Source of the DNA: an uncultured Bacilli bacterium
GTDB lineage: Bacteria > Bacillota_I > Bacilli_A > RF39 > UBA660
Assembly: GCA_947589105.1 (NCBI GenBank)
Contig: CANQBL010000001.1
Coordinates: 131,973-195,972, forward strand
Length of the DNA stretch: 64,000 nt
Direction: 5' to 3'
In this document: piece by piece, positions 29,418 through 39,596 of the stretch
How positions within the stretch are numbered: the stretch's first letter is position 1
Layout of the letters: every line of letters begins with the position of its first letter
Notes under the pieces: model-generated
What the model was told of the DNA's origin: nothing
The model's input: the letters and a program-made list of their open reading frames with translations, nothing else
Databases searched by the model: none
Made by a program: the position numbers and the translations under genes

Positions 29418-31367
29418 TTAGCCGTTTTTTTTGGTAGTTTTACCTTTGTAACCTGGTTCAGTACCTTTTATATAATATAAAATTTTTTTAAGTTTTGAAT
29501 CATTAGTTGCAATTTTACCCGTTTGAACATCAGTTAATACCCCAACAACGTTGTCTGGTTTTTCATACCAACTTTGTTTTTTATCTCTTAGATAGCTTTC
29601 TATTGTATCCACCCATATATTTTTTGAATATTTATATTCCTTGCTTGATAATTTTCTATTATCATCATAACCTGTCCATACTCCAATAACAATATCTGGA
29701 TTATAACCAACGGTCCATAAATCATAATCTGTAGTACCACTTTTTACCGCGTATTTTTTGGTTATTTTAGGTGCTATTGAAGCACAAGTGGGTGCGGTAT
29801 AACTAGTAAGAGAAATATCGTACGTATTTGATAATAACTCACTTAAAATATAAGTGTATGACTCATTTAATATTTTTTCTTTTTTGTTTTTATATTCATA
29901 TATTATATCTCCGTTTCCATCTTCTACCTTTCTTATTAAATGTCCTTTAACACTGTAACCTGTGTTTGATACGGCGGCATAGGATGTTACAAACTCTGTT
30001 ATAGATAGTTCGTTTGTTCCAAGAGGAAGAGAGGCATTAGCTTCTAACTTGCTTGTAATTCCCATTTTTTTAGCATATTTAACAAGCATATCTTCTCCTA
30101 AAAACAAATGTGTTTTAATAGCATATATGTTATCCGAATAACTAATTGCTAAAGCCATTGTAATGTTTGAGTTTGGATATATATTACCGTAATTGCTAGG
30201 AGAATATGAATGTCCATTATCTAACGTGAAAGTTGTTGGTTTACTAAGAAAAGTAGTAGCGGCTGTAAGACCGTTTTCAAGCGCGGCATAATAAAGTAGT
30301 GGTTTCATTGTTGAACCTACTTGTCTTTTTGATTGGATTGCTCTATTATATTGTGATTTAGAATAATCCCTTCCTCCTGCTAAAGCTATTATTTCTCCAT
30401 TATTAGGATCCATCATAACCGCAGAAACCTGCATCTCGTTTTTTCCTTCTAAATTAGTTTTAATACTTTCTTCTAATTTAGTTTGCGCTTCTATATCAAG
30501 GGTAGTGTATATTTTTAAACCTTCCTGTCTAATTGTATTATCACTTACTATTTTAAGAGATTCTAGTTCGCGAATAACCGCGTCTTGATAATACATAATT
30601 GTAGATAGATTAAGATTTTCCTTTTTTCCATAATACGTAAGTTTTATATCTAAAGTTTCTTCCATTGTTTTTTTGGAAATTATTTTATTATTTACCATTG
30701 CCTGTAATATTTGTTTTTGTCTTTTTTTAGCGGCCTTTTCATCATTTAATGGTGAATAGTTATTAGGGGATTTTGGAATTCCTGCTAATATGGTACTTTC
30801 TGCTAAATTAAGGTCTTTAGAAGATTTATTAAAATAATATAATGCCGCGTTTTCTATTCCTAAAATACCATTACCATAATTAATTGTGTTTAAATAACCT
30901 TCTAATATTTCATCTTTAGAATATTGTGTTTCAAGCTTAAAAGCGTACCATGCCTCTTTTATTTTTCTTTCCCAGGTTTTATCAAATGTTAAAAATAAAT
31001 TACGGGCATATTGCTGTGTAATAGTTGATGCTCCTTCTTTTAAATCTTTTGACCTAATATTAACAATGGTTGATTTTATTATTCTTGGAATATCAAATCC
31101 AGGATGATTATAAAAGTTTTTATCTTCAGAATATATTGTTGCATTTATTAAATCCTTTGATATATCTTTTAATTTTATCCATTTTTTAGTACCGTTATTA
31201 CCCTCATAAAAGCTAATATTTTGTTTATCGTACATATATATACTATTTGAGTTTTTAATATCTATTTTACTGCCATATTTAGCACATAAGAATAAAATAG
31301 AGTATGAAAAGCAAAAAATAAGCATTAAAGCGATTACTATTTTAATGGTAATTTTTAATTGCCTCAT
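29418..31367 (-). CDS. Class A penicillin-binding protein (bifunctional transglycosylase/transpeptidase, PBP1A-like)
   Basis: GT51 motifs (EDKNFYNHPGFD, GASTITQQ), transpeptidase SxxK (STMKP) and KSGT. N-terminal TM. Confidence 0.85.
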   Translation of the reverse strand: MRQLKITIKIVIALMLIFCFSYSILFLCAKYGSKIDIKNSNSIYMYDKQNISFYEGNNGTKKWIKLKDISKDLINATIYSEDKNFYNHPGFDIPRIIKSTIVNIRSKDLKEGASTITQQYARNLFLTFDKTWERKIKEAWYAFKLETQYSKDEILEGYLNTINYGNGILGIENAALYYFNKSSKDLNLAESTILAGIPKSPNNYSPLNDEKAAKKRQKQILQAMVNNKIISKKTMEETLDIKLTYYGKKENLNLSTIMYYQDAVIRELESLKIVSDNTIRQEGLKIYTTLDIEAQTKLEESIKTNLEGKNEMQVSAVMMDPNNGEIIALAGGRDYSKSQYNRAIQSKRQVGSTMKPLLYYAALENGLTAATTFLSKPTTFTLDNGHSYSPSNYGNIYPNSNITMALAISYSDNIYAIKTHLFLGEDMLVKYAKKMGITSKLEANASLPLGTNELSITEFVTSYAAVSNTGYSVKGHLIRKVEDGNGDIIYEYKNKKEKILNESYTYILSELLSNTYDISLTSYTAPTCASIAPKITKKYAVKSGTTDYDLWTVGYNPDIVIGVWTGYDDNRKLSSKEYKYSKNIWVDTIESYLRDKKQSWYEKPDNVVGVLTDVQTGKIATNDSKLKKILYYIKGTEPGYKGKTTKKNG

Positions 31368-31484
31368 TTCGTCGCCTTCTTCCTAGTTTTATTATTGGTA
31401 AAAAAACATAAAATATAAGTATTTTATTGACCTTTTTTATTTTCTATGCTATATTGACACTAGAATTTTTTTTAAGGGTGTTTT

Positions 31485-31859
31485 ATGTCTAAAATAATAA
31501 TTAAATCTAAAATATCTAGTAGTAATTTTAATATGACCACAACTAATTGTTTTGGAATAAAAAAAGATGATAAAATTACGTATAAAGATAAAGATTGCAT
31601 GGTAAATATAACATTAACCAAAAACTCTATTTTTATTAATCGTGAAAATGAAGAAAAGAAAATAAAATTAAAGTTTGAAGCTGGTAATAAATGCGCAGGT
31701 AATTATATTATAAAAGACCTTAATATAAAAATAGATGTTTTTACCATAACTAAAGATATAAAAATAGGTAAAAATAAACTTTTTATAGAATATGAATTGT
31801 ACGTAAAAGATGAATTTAGCGATGTTTTTATTTACACTATAGAATGGAGTGATTTATAA
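31485..31859 (+). CDS. DUF1934-family protein (YwiB-like)
   Basis: 124-aa beta-rich protein immediately upstream of and overlapping argS, which is the position of ywiB in B. subtilis. Confidence 0.5.
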   Translation: MSKIIIKSKISSSNFNMTTTNCFGIKKDDKITYKDKDCMVNITLTKNSIFINRENEEKKIKLKFEAGNKCAGNYIIKDLNIKIDVFTITKDIKIGKNKLFIEYELYVKDEFSDVFIYTIEWSDL

Positions 31860-33487
31860 TGAATCTTAAATTAAACATAAAAGAAATGATAAGCAAAGTA
31901 CTTGATGAATTAAACTTTTTTTATGATGAAAAAGATGTTGTTATAGAAGTTCCTAAATTAAAACAAAACGGAGATTTTTCTTGCGGTATTGCAATGAAAA
32001 TATCAAAAAAATTAAAACGTAATCCAAGGGAAGTAGCACAGGATATTAAAGAAAAACTATTATCTAGTGATAATATTTCAAAAATAGATGTAGCAGGGCC
32101 TGGTTTTATTAATATTTTTCTAAAAAATAAATATGTTTTTAGTGAAATATCAAATGTTATCAAAAAAGAAGATGATTATGGACGAATAAATATTGGTAAT
32201 GGAAAAAAAGTAAACGTTGAGTTTGTAAGTGCTAATCCTACCGGAATTTTACATCTTGGTACTGCAAGAGGAGCGGCTTACGGAATGAATTTATCAAATA
32301 TTTTATCTTTCGCGGGATTTGATGTTACTAAAGAATATTATATAAATGATGCAGGAAATCAAATAAATAATCTTGGTATTTCCATTATGGAAAGATATAA
32401 AGGTTTATGTGGTCTTAAAGAGCAACTGCCAGCGGATGGCTATTATGGTGAAGAAATAATTGACATTGCAAAAATAATTAAAGAAAAGTATGGTGATACA
32501 AAACTTGCTTCTGATTTAGAATTTTTTAAAGAGTTTGGTGTAAATTATCTTCTTAATATAATAAAAAAAGACCTAAGCGACTTTGGAGTGACATTTGATG
32601 TTTGGACTAGCGAAAAAACGATTCGTTCAAAAGGAAGAATAGAACAATCATTAAAAATTTTAAATGAAAAAGGACTTATTTTCAAACAAGATAATGCTAC
32701 ATTTTTAAAAACAACCGTTTATAAAGATGATAAAGATAGGGTGCTTATAAAACAGGATGGTAGTTATACTTATCTTGTCCCTGATATAGCATATCATTTG
32801 GATAAGTTTGATAGGGGCTTTGATGAGTTGGTTGACGTGTTTGGCGCTGACCATCATAGTTATGTTTCAAGGCTAAAAGCTAGTATTGAAGCTTTAGGAT
32901 ATGATAAAGATAAATTAGAGGTTAGACTTCTTCAAATGGTTAGATTACTTCGAAAAGGAGAAGTAGTCAAAATGAGTAAACGTACTGGAGGAAATATTAC
33001 CATAAAAGAATTGGTTGAAGAAATTGGTAAAGATGCTGCTAGATATTTTTTTGCAACTAGATCTTTAGATACTCAGATGGATTTTGATATAGATTTAGCT
33101 CTTAAAAAAACCAATGATAATCCACTTTATTATGTTGGATATGCTCATGCTAGAATATGTTCAATATTAAATGAAGCTGAAAAAAAAGATATTCCATTTA
33201 GTAAAGATATAACAATAATAGATGATGAAGAATCAAAAGACTTAATTATTAAGGTATATGAATTTTTAGATGTTATAACGAATGCCGCAATAAAAAAAGA
33301 ACCTCATTTGATTACTAATTACGTGTATGAATTAGCAGGAATGTTCCATAATTATTATGGTAAACATAGAATATTAACTGATGATATAAAAGAATCATCA
33401 GAAAGGTTAAGTATAATAAAAACCGTTCAAATTACAATAAAAAATGCTTTAAGACTTATTGGTGTTGAAGCTATAGATAAAATGTAG
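31859..33487 (+). CDS. argS: Arginine--tRNA ligase
   Basis: HIGH-like motif ANPTGILHLGTARGA, KMSK-like MSKRTGG, DALR anticodon-binding C-terminus. Confidence 0.95.
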   Translation: MNLKLNIKEMISKVLDELNFFYDEKDVVIEVPKLKQNGDFSCGIAMKISKKLKRNPREVAQDIKEKLLSSDNISKIDVAGPGFINIFLKNKYVFSEISNVIKKEDDYGRINIGNGKKVNVEFVSANPTGILHLGTARGAAYGMNLSNILSFAGFDVTKEYYINDAGNQINNLGISIMERYKGLCGLKEQLPADGYYGEEIIDIAKIIKEKYGDTKLASDLEFFKEFGVNYLLNIIKKDLSDFGVTFDVWTSEKTIRSKGRIEQSLKILNEKGLIFKQDNATFLKTTVYKDDKDRVLIKQDGSYTYLVPDIAYHLDKFDRGFDELVDVFGADHHSYVSRLKASIEALGYDKDKLEVRLLQMVRLLRKGEVVKMSKRTGGNITIKELVEEIGKDAARYFFATRSLDTQMDFDIDLALKKTNDNPLYYVGYAHARICSILNEAEKKDIPFSKDITIIDDEESKDLIIKVYEFLDVITNAAIKKEPHLITNYVYELAGMFHNYYGKHRILTDDIKESSERLSIIKTVQITIKNALRLIGVEAIDKM

Positions 33488-33499
33488 GAGGAAATAATT

Positions 33500-33934
33500 A
33501 TGAACGTAAGAAAAATGTCTTTAGAGGAATTAGAGCTATTATCTTATACTGATATAGCTTATGAACTTCTTAAACTAGATAAAAAGCCAAAAACAACTCC
33601 TGTTCTATTTGCAGAAGTATGTAAATTATTAGAAATAAACGAATATACAATGTTTGATTTAATTGGTGATTTTTATACTAATTTAACCACTGATAAAAGA
33701 TTTGTTTTACTAGATAATGCGGAATGGGACTTAAAAGAGTTTCATGCGGTAAAAGCAATTGTTGTTGAAGAAGAAGATGAGGATGAATCTGAAGAAACAG
33801 AAGATGAAGAAGAACAAGAGGACGAATTAGCAGATGATGTTTTAATAACGGATGAAGATGATTTTGATGATACAGACGAAATGGACGATTTAGAGGATTT
33901 AGCAATTGTAAGTGAAGAAGAATTAGAGGAATAA
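33500..33934 (+). CDS. rpoE: RNA polymerase delta subunit RpoE
   Basis: N-terminal HARE-HTH-like domain ([10 protein letters not shown]...[21 protein letters not shown]) followed by a poly-acidic tail. Confidence 0.85.
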   Translation: MNVRKMSLEELELLSYTDIAYELLKLDKKPKTTPVLFAEVCKLLEINEYTMFDLIGDFYTNLTTDKRFVLLDNAEWDLKEFHAVKAIVVEEEDEDESEETEDEEEQEDELADDVLITDEDDFDDTDEMDDLEDLAIVSEEELEE

Positions 33935-33935
33935 C

Positions 33936-34991
33936 ATGTTTGATAGATTAGAAGATATAAGAAAAAGAAATGATTTTATAACAGAAGAATTAACTAAACC
34001 TGAAGTTATAAGTGATGTTGCTAAAACTACCCTTCTTTCTAAAGAGCAATCTGATTTGTCCGAAATAATTGAATGTTATAATGCTTATTTAAAGGCAAAA
34101 AGCGATTATGAAGAAGCAAAGGCTCTTTCTAATGATCCAGAATTTGCTGAGTTTGCAAAGGAAGAGGAAGAAAGACAAGAGCAAAAACAAAAAGAGTTAA
34201 AAAAAGAATTGGAAATATTATTATTACCAAAAGATCCAAATGATGGAAAAAACATAATTATTGAAATAAGAGGAGCTGCAGGAGGAGATGAAGCCAATCT
34301 TTTTGCAGGAGATCTTTATGATATGTATGTTAAATATGCTGAATCCCAAGGTTTTAAGATTGAAAACTTAGAAAGTACACCAGGAACAAGTGGGGGATTT
34401 TCTGAAATATCATTTATGGTAAAAGGAAATAACGTTTATTCTAAATTAAAATACGAATCAGGTGCTCACCGCGTACAAAGAGTTCCTGCAACTGAATCTC
34501 AAGGAAGAGTTCATACATCTACCGCAACAGTATTGGTTATGCCAGAAGTAGATGACGTTGATTGTAAACTTGATATGAATGATATAAGAATAGATATTAC
34601 CAGAAGTAGTGGTTGTGGTGGACAAGGTGTAAATACTACAGATAGTGCTGTTAGATTAACCCATATTCCTACTGGAATTGTTGTTTATTCCCAAACTGAA
34701 CGTTCTCAAATAAAAAATAAAGAAAAAGGAATGAAAATATTACAGTCAAGGGTTTATGACTTAATGATGAGAAAGCAAGAAGAAGAACTTGGGGCTGAAC
34801 GTAAAAATAAAATAGGAACTGGTGATAGATCAGAAAAAATAAGAACATATAATTATCCACAAAACAGGGTAACTGATCATCGTATAGGCTATACAACTAA
34901 TTCATTAGATCGGGTAATGAACGGAAAGTTAGATGATATAATTGAGGCTTTAATAACAGAAGATCAAAGAAGAAAATTAGCTGGAGAGTAA
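33936..34991 (+). CDS. prfA: Peptide chain release factor 1
   Basis: GGQ motif ([23 protein letters not shown]) and RF1-type PxT region. Followed by prmC. Confidence 0.95.
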   Translation: MFDRLEDIRKRNDFITEELTKPEVISDVAKTTLLSKEQSDLSEIIECYNAYLKAKSDYEEAKALSNDPEFAEFAKEEEERQEQKQKELKKELEILLLPKDPNDGKNIIIEIRGAAGGDEANLFAGDLYDMYVKYAESQGFKIENLESTPGTSGGFSEISFMVKGNNVYSKLKYESGAHRVQRVPATESQGRVHTSTATVLVMPEVDDVDCKLDMNDIRIDITRSSGCGGQGVNTTDSAVRLTHIPTGIVVYSQTERSQIKNKEKGMKILQSRVYDLMMRKQEEELGAERKNKIGTGDRSEKIRTYNYPQNRVTDHRIGYTTNSLDRVMNGKLDDIIEALITEDQRRKLAGE

Positions 34992-35097
34992 TTCTTCGGT
35001 TTTTTTTATTTTCTTTGATAAAATTAAATGCTATAATTAGGTGGGTGATAAAATGTATTTTTTCAAAAATTATAAAGGAGAGGACTTAACTAACTAA

Positions 35098-35352
35098 GTT
35101 CTTAGATCCCCTCAAATAGAACAAATTTTAAGTGATGCGGAATTTTTAAATTATATTTTAAAACGCGAAAATCACTATTGTTTCGTGTGGTTGCTTGCAG
35201 AATTTCAAAAAAATACAAAATTATCTAATATATTTTTAACTAATGAATTTTTAGATAGAATCGTAGATGATGAACGAGCAAATGATAATGAAATAAACTA
35301 TCAAAGGTATGCTAGTGAAAGTTTAAATGAAAATTATTTTGGTAGAAAAATA
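35098..35352 (+). pseudogene. Possible gene remnant: about 84-codon open frame with no canonical in-frame start
   Basis: Open frame (VLRSPQIEQILSDAEFLNYILKRENHYCFVWLLAEFQKNTKL...NYFGRKI) in the 390-nt prfA-prmC spacer. No ATG in frame, only internal GTG/TTG. Confidence 0.2.
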
Positions 35353-35380
35353 TAAAATATTATTTTAAGGATGAAGTTAT

Positions 35381-36097
35381 ATGAAAAAAGAGCTTGAGTA
35401 TTTAAAAAAATATTATCATGGAAACATGAATTATGCTTTAAAAAGATTAGCCTCTGGTGAGGCTGTACAGTATATAGTTGGTAATGTTGATTTTTATGGA
35501 TATATAATAGATGTTGACAAAAGGGTTTTAATTCCAAGAAGGGAAACTGAAGAATTAGTAGAATTTGTAATAGAAAAATCTAAAAGTTTTACAAATCCAT
35601 GCATAATTGATGTAGGAACTGGAAGTGGTGCTATTGCAATTAGTTTAGCAAAGGAACTTAACCTTCATGTTTATGCTTCTGATATAAGTTTAGATGCCTT
35701 AGAAGTTGCTAAAAATAATACTGTTAAAAATAATGCAAATATAACTTTTTTTCAAGGTGATATGTTAAAACCATACATAAAAAAAAATATGAAAGTAGAT
35801 ATTATAGTAAGTAATCCTCCGTATATAAAGTATGAAGAAAAAATTGATGATGTTGTAAAAAATAATGAACCTAATTTAGCTCTTTATGCTAAAAATAATG
35901 GTTTAGAATTTTATGAGAAAATTCTAAAAGATGCAAAAAAAATAGTGAAAGATAAGTTTTTAATTGCGTTTGAAATAGGTGTTGGACAAGCAAAAGATAT
36001 AAAGTGGTTAGCTAAAAAATACTTAATTGATGTTAATGTCGAAGTGAAAAAAGATTTGTCGGGTAAAAATAGATTTGTTTTTGTATATAATTATTAA
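35381..36097 (+). CDS. prmC: Release factor glutamine methyltransferase PrmC/HemK
   Basis: NPPY motif, IIDVGTGSGAIA SAM motif. Adjacent to prfA. Confidence 0.9.
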   Translation: MKKELEYLKKYYHGNMNYALKRLASGEAVQYIVGNVDFYGYIIDVDKRVLIPRRETEELVEFVIEKSKSFTNPCIIDVGTGSGAIAISLAKELNLHVYASDISLDALEVAKNNTVKNNANITFFQGDMLKPYIKKNMKVDIIVSNPPYIKYEEKIDDVVKNNEPNLALYAKNNGLEFYEKILKDAKKIVKDKFLIAFEIGVGQAKDIKWLAKKYLIDVNVEVKKDLSGKNRFVFVYNY

Positions 36098-36130
36098 AAA
36101 TCACTCACTAGTTAATAGAGGTGATTTTTT

Positions 36131-36658
36131 ATGAAAAAAATTATATTAGTTATACTTGCTAGTTTATCTTTAATTTTAGTTTCAAATAAAAACAATGATA
36201 AACCGGTTAAAATTCCTAATTCTGCTATAAGATTTAGAGTATTAGCAAATAGTAATTCACCAAGGGATCAAAAAATAAAACAGGATGTTAGAGATAAAAT
36301 GCAGCAAGAACTATATGATTTGCTTAAATATACTAATAGTATTAATGATGCTAGAACAACAATTATGGATAACATGGATAATTTTAAATTAATATTAGAT
36401 GATGAAATGAAAAATATTGATTATTCTTATACGATTGATTATGGAATGCATGAGTTTCCAAGTAAGATTTATAAAGGAATAACTTATAAGGCTGGTGAGT
36501 ATGAATCATTACTAGTTACTCTAGGAGAAGGAAAAGGTGATAATTGGTGGTGCGTGTTATTTCCACCGTTATGTTTATTAGAAGCGGAAGAAACAACGAA
36601 TACTAATGATGTGGAGTATAAATCTTTTATAAAAGAAATAATAGAAAAATATTTTTAG
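36131..36658 (+). CDS. spoIIR: Stage II sporulation protein R (SpoIIR)
   Basis: Signal peptide, about 175 aa. The prfA-prmC-spoIIR arrangement matches B. subtilis. C-terminal WWCVLFPPLC region. Confidence 0.6.
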   Translation: MKKIILVILASLSLILVSNKNNDKPVKIPNSAIRFRVLANSNSPRDQKIKQDVRDKMQQELYDLLKYTNSINDARTTIMDNMDNFKLILDDEMKNIDYSYTIDYGMHEFPSKIYKGITYKAGEYESLLVTLGEGKGDNWWCVLFPPLCLLEAEETTNTNDVEYKSFIKEIIEKYF

Positions 36659-36686
36659 TATTAATGTAATAATATAATGTAGGAAG

Positions 36687-37223
36687 GTGATTTTCATCGC
36701 AAGCATTATATTAATAGCAATAAGTCTTAGTATGGACGCATTTGCACTTGCAATATCTTATGGTATAAAAAATGTTAGTATAAAAAATGTTATAATAACG
36801 GCAATAACCGTCGGGATATTTCACTTTTTTATGCCATTATTAGGAAGTTTTATAGGAACACCATTATTTGAATACACAATAATTAAACCAAGGTTAGTTT
36901 TATTTTTAGTTTTTTTAATCCTTTCTTTAGATATGTTTATTCAATTTTTTGAAGAAAAACCAAAAATACGAGAATTAAATGTTATTGGGACTCTTTTTTT
37001 TGCTGTATCAGTAAGTTTTGATAGTCTTTCAGTAGGATTAGGACTTAAGTATATTTACGATAATATTTTAATAGCAATATTTACTTTTTGTATTATAAGT
37101 GCATTTTTTACTACTATGGGTTTTATTCTTGGTAAAAAACTATCAGAAAAAATAGGGAAGTATTCGTTTTTGGTAGGAAGTATCACTTTATTTTTTTATT
37201 CTATATGGATATTGACAAAATGA
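36687..37223 (+). CDS. mntP: Manganese efflux pump MntP (DUF204)
   Basis: Six-TM protein with an SMDAFA-type motif (ISLSMDAFALAISYG) repeated in the second half (SVSFDSLSVGLG). Confidence 0.75.
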   Translation: MIFIASIILIAISLSMDAFALAISYGIKNVSIKNVIITAITVGIFHFFMPLLGSFIGTPLFEYTIIKPRLVLFLVFLILSLDMFIQFFEEKPKIRELNVIGTLFFAVSVSFDSLSVGLGLKYIYDNILIAIFTFCIISAFFTTMGFILGKKLSEKIGKYSFLVGSITLFFYSIWILTK

Positions 37224-37272
37224 AGAAATAGTGATAATATATACGGCATTCAAACAAAAGGGGGAGATTTGA

Positions 37273-38601
37273 ATGAAAAATATACCTAATAAAAGAAAAA
37301 AAGATGTTACTGCAGCTTTTATGTCTTTATTTTTATCAGGTGCCTTATTAGTAGGTGGAACTTTTGTTGGAAAAATTTTTAAAAAATCAAAAGCTCCTGT
37401 AAATTCAAAACCAGAAACAACTATGGTTACACCAGAATTAAGTGAATTGGTTTTAAGTGAAGGTTTTGATATAAATGATCCAAAAGCGGTAGATAAAAGG
37501 GCGAAAGATATATATAATTTATCCGAAAAGGAATATACGGTATTGGACATAAAAAACATGATTTATTTACTAAATGAAATGTATGATAATATCGCTTTTC
37601 CAAAAAATGTAAAAACAAACGATCAAAAATACATGTACTTTTACGATGTATTATCATTAACGCTAGGACGAGTTTTAAGTGATTACGTAGCAGATTATGA
37701 GGTTTCATTACATCAAATTCTTGATGATGAAAATCTTACATTTGTAGGTAATACTGGTTCTGTTCCTTGTGCTTACATGTTTATGCCTAGTGATAGTGAG
37801 ACTAAAAAACTTGCTATAGATATTGCTAAGATTTATTATGAACAACGTACTAACATAAGAAACGGAAAAAAAGCTTCAATGAGTGTTACTGCTAATGATT
37901 ATTATAAATTACTTGAAAAGACAAAAAAATCAAATTTAAAGACTGGTGATAAATTATTAATATTTGAGCAGTTTGGTGCTACAAAATCGCTTTTTACTCC
38001 ATTTTTAAGTGAAAAGTATGCTGAAGAACTTGATGCTGTTTCAAGATCTATGGCAACTAGCATGAACAAATTATTTGAAACTGCTGCTGAAAACTTAGAT
38101 GTACCAGCTGAATTATTTGATGGAACTTGTGATGAGAAGATTGAAAAACTAACTGAAGAGTATAGAAGTAAAGACTTGCAAGATGCTAAAGAAAGAGTTA
38201 CAAATGCTTCTATTGCTAGTGAAACAAGTGTAGTAAATCAAGGTGGAAGTAAGGTTAGTGGTTCTAAAGGAAAACAAGAAGTAATTCAAGGTGAGGTAAC
38301 TACAAGAGTTACTACTAGTGAATTTGTTGTTGAAATACCTAATGAAGGTACTTATACACAATACATTCCAGGAGGAGAGGTTGTGGAAGAAAACACAACT
38401 AAATCATCAGCAAAACCTTCTACAACAACTTATGTTGATGATGAGAATATTCCTGTAATGGATGATAAAGAATTTTTTGCTCAAGCAAGTTATGATGATA
38501 TTAAAGATTATAAAAAGAAAACTTCTTCAATTGGATATGGTTTGATGGCAACAGGAACATTAGGACCAGTTCTATTTAAAAAGAAGAAAAGAAGTAAATA
38601 A
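37273..38601 (+). CDS. Hypothetical membrane-anchored protein (442 aa) with N-terminal TM and a C-terminal hydrophobic segment plus KKKKRSK tail
   Basis: N-terminal FMSLFLSGALLVGGTFVG. C-terminus SIGYGLMATGTLGPVLFKKKKRSK. No LPXTG and no known domain recognised. Confidence 0.45.
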   Translation: MKNIPNKRKKDVTAAFMSLFLSGALLVGGTFVGKIFKKSKAPVNSKPETTMVTPELSELVLSEGFDINDPKAVDKRAKDIYNLSEKEYTVLDIKNMIYLLNEMYDNIAFPKNVKTNDQKYMYFYDVLSLTLGRVLSDYVADYEVSLHQILDDENLTFVGNTGSVPCAYMFMPSDSETKKLAIDIAKIYYEQRTNIRNGKKASMSVTANDYYKLLEKTKKSNLKTGDKLLIFEQFGATKSLFTPFLSEKYAEELDAVSRSMATSMNKLFETAAENLDVPAELFDGTCDEKIEKLTEEYRSKDLQDAKERVTNASIASETSVVNQGGSKVSGSKGKQEVIQGEVTTRVTTSEFVVEIPNEGTYTQYIPGGEVVEENTTKSSAKPSTTTYVDDENIPVMDDKEFFAQASYDDIKDYKKKTSSIGYGLMATGTLGPVLFKKKKRSK

Positions 38602-38684
38602 TGTATACACTAGAATGTAAATTCTAGTGTTTTTCTTTGACTAAAAATGTAAAATATAATAAAATCATTTTAGAGGATGATAAC

Positions 38685-39530
38685 ATGTTGGTAAATAGTA
38701 AGAAACTTTTTGATTCTGCTTTGAGGGAAGGTTATGCTATACCTTCTTATAACATAAATAATTTAGAATGGGTAAGGTATATTTTAGAAGCTTGTAATGA
38801 GGATAAAAGTCCAGTTATTTTAGCGGTAACCCCATCTTCAATTAAGTATTTTGGTGGATACAAAATAGTAACAAATATAGTTAAATGTATGATTGAAGAA
38901 TTAAATATAAAAATTCCAGTCGTTTTACATCTTGATCATTCAAAGAATTTTATATCTTGTAAAAAAGCTATAGATGCTGGTTTTACTTCTGTGATGATAG
39001 ATGCCTCTGATAAGTCTTTTGAGGAAAATATATCAATTACTAGTCAAGTGGTAAATTATGCAAAGAATAAAGAAGTTAGTGTTGAAGCAGAACTTGGAAA
39101 TTTTGATTTTTCCAGTGCTGGTTCTTCTTATGTGTATTCTGATTTAGAACAAAGTAAGGATTTTGTATATAGAACTGGTATAGATTCTTACGCTCCAGTT
39201 ATAGGTAATATTCATGGTTTATATGATGGTGATGAAAAATTAAATTTTGAACTTTTAGGAGCTATTTGTAAAGAAGTTAAGGTTCCATTGGTATTGCATG
39301 GGGCATCAGGCTTAGATGAGAATAAACTTAGAACTGCTATTTTTTGTGGGGTTACAAAAGTTAATATCAACACTGAATTAATGTGTGCTTGGTCTTCTAA
39401 AGTAAAGGAATATATAAATAATAATAAAGAGATTTACGATCCAAGAAAAATAATTTCATCTGGGGAGGATGCTTTAAAGGAAGTTATTCATTGTAAAAAT
39501 AATATAATTGGTAGTAAAAATAAATTATAG
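38685..39530 (+). CDS. fba: Class II fructose-1,6-bisphosphate aldolase
   Basis: Start set at the ATG at 38685 (GAGGATGA RBS). Conserved class II FBA segments (PVILAVTPSS, HLDHS, HGASG). Confidence 0.9.
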   Translation: MLVNSKKLFDSALREGYAIPSYNINNLEWVRYILEACNEDKSPVILAVTPSSIKYFGGYKIVTNIVKCMIEELNIKIPVVLHLDHSKNFISCKKAIDAGFTSVMIDASDKSFEENISITSQVVNYAKNKEVSVEAELGNFDFSSAGSSYVYSDLEQSKDFVYRTGIDSYAPVIGNIHGLYDGDEKLNFELLGAICKEVKVPLVLHGASGLDENKLRTAIFCGVTKVNINTELMCAWSSKVKEYINNNKEIYDPRKIISSGEDALKEVIHCKNNIIGSKNKL

Positions 39531-39596
39531 CAGGGCAGATTAATCACCCTTTTTAAGGAAAATAATAAAATAAAGTAGTAGATATGGAGGAGTAAT

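Noticed and set aside
31368-31484. Possible T-box riboswitch upstream of argS
   Set aside because: argS is preceded by and overlapped with the ywiB-like gene. The 117-nt region upstream of that gene is too short and has no T-box consensus (AATTAGGGTGGNACCGCG).
33678-34896. Antisense ORFs within rpoE and prfA (33678..33905, 34106..34297, 34669..34896)
   Set aside because: They are mirror frames of the acidic-tail and GGQ-domain coding regions. No start or RBS context.
37188-38361. Minus-strand ORFs overlapping mntP and the 442-aa hypothetical gene (37188..37559, 37427..37708, 38149..38361)
   Set aside because: They overlap better-supported plus-strand genes and have no independent support.
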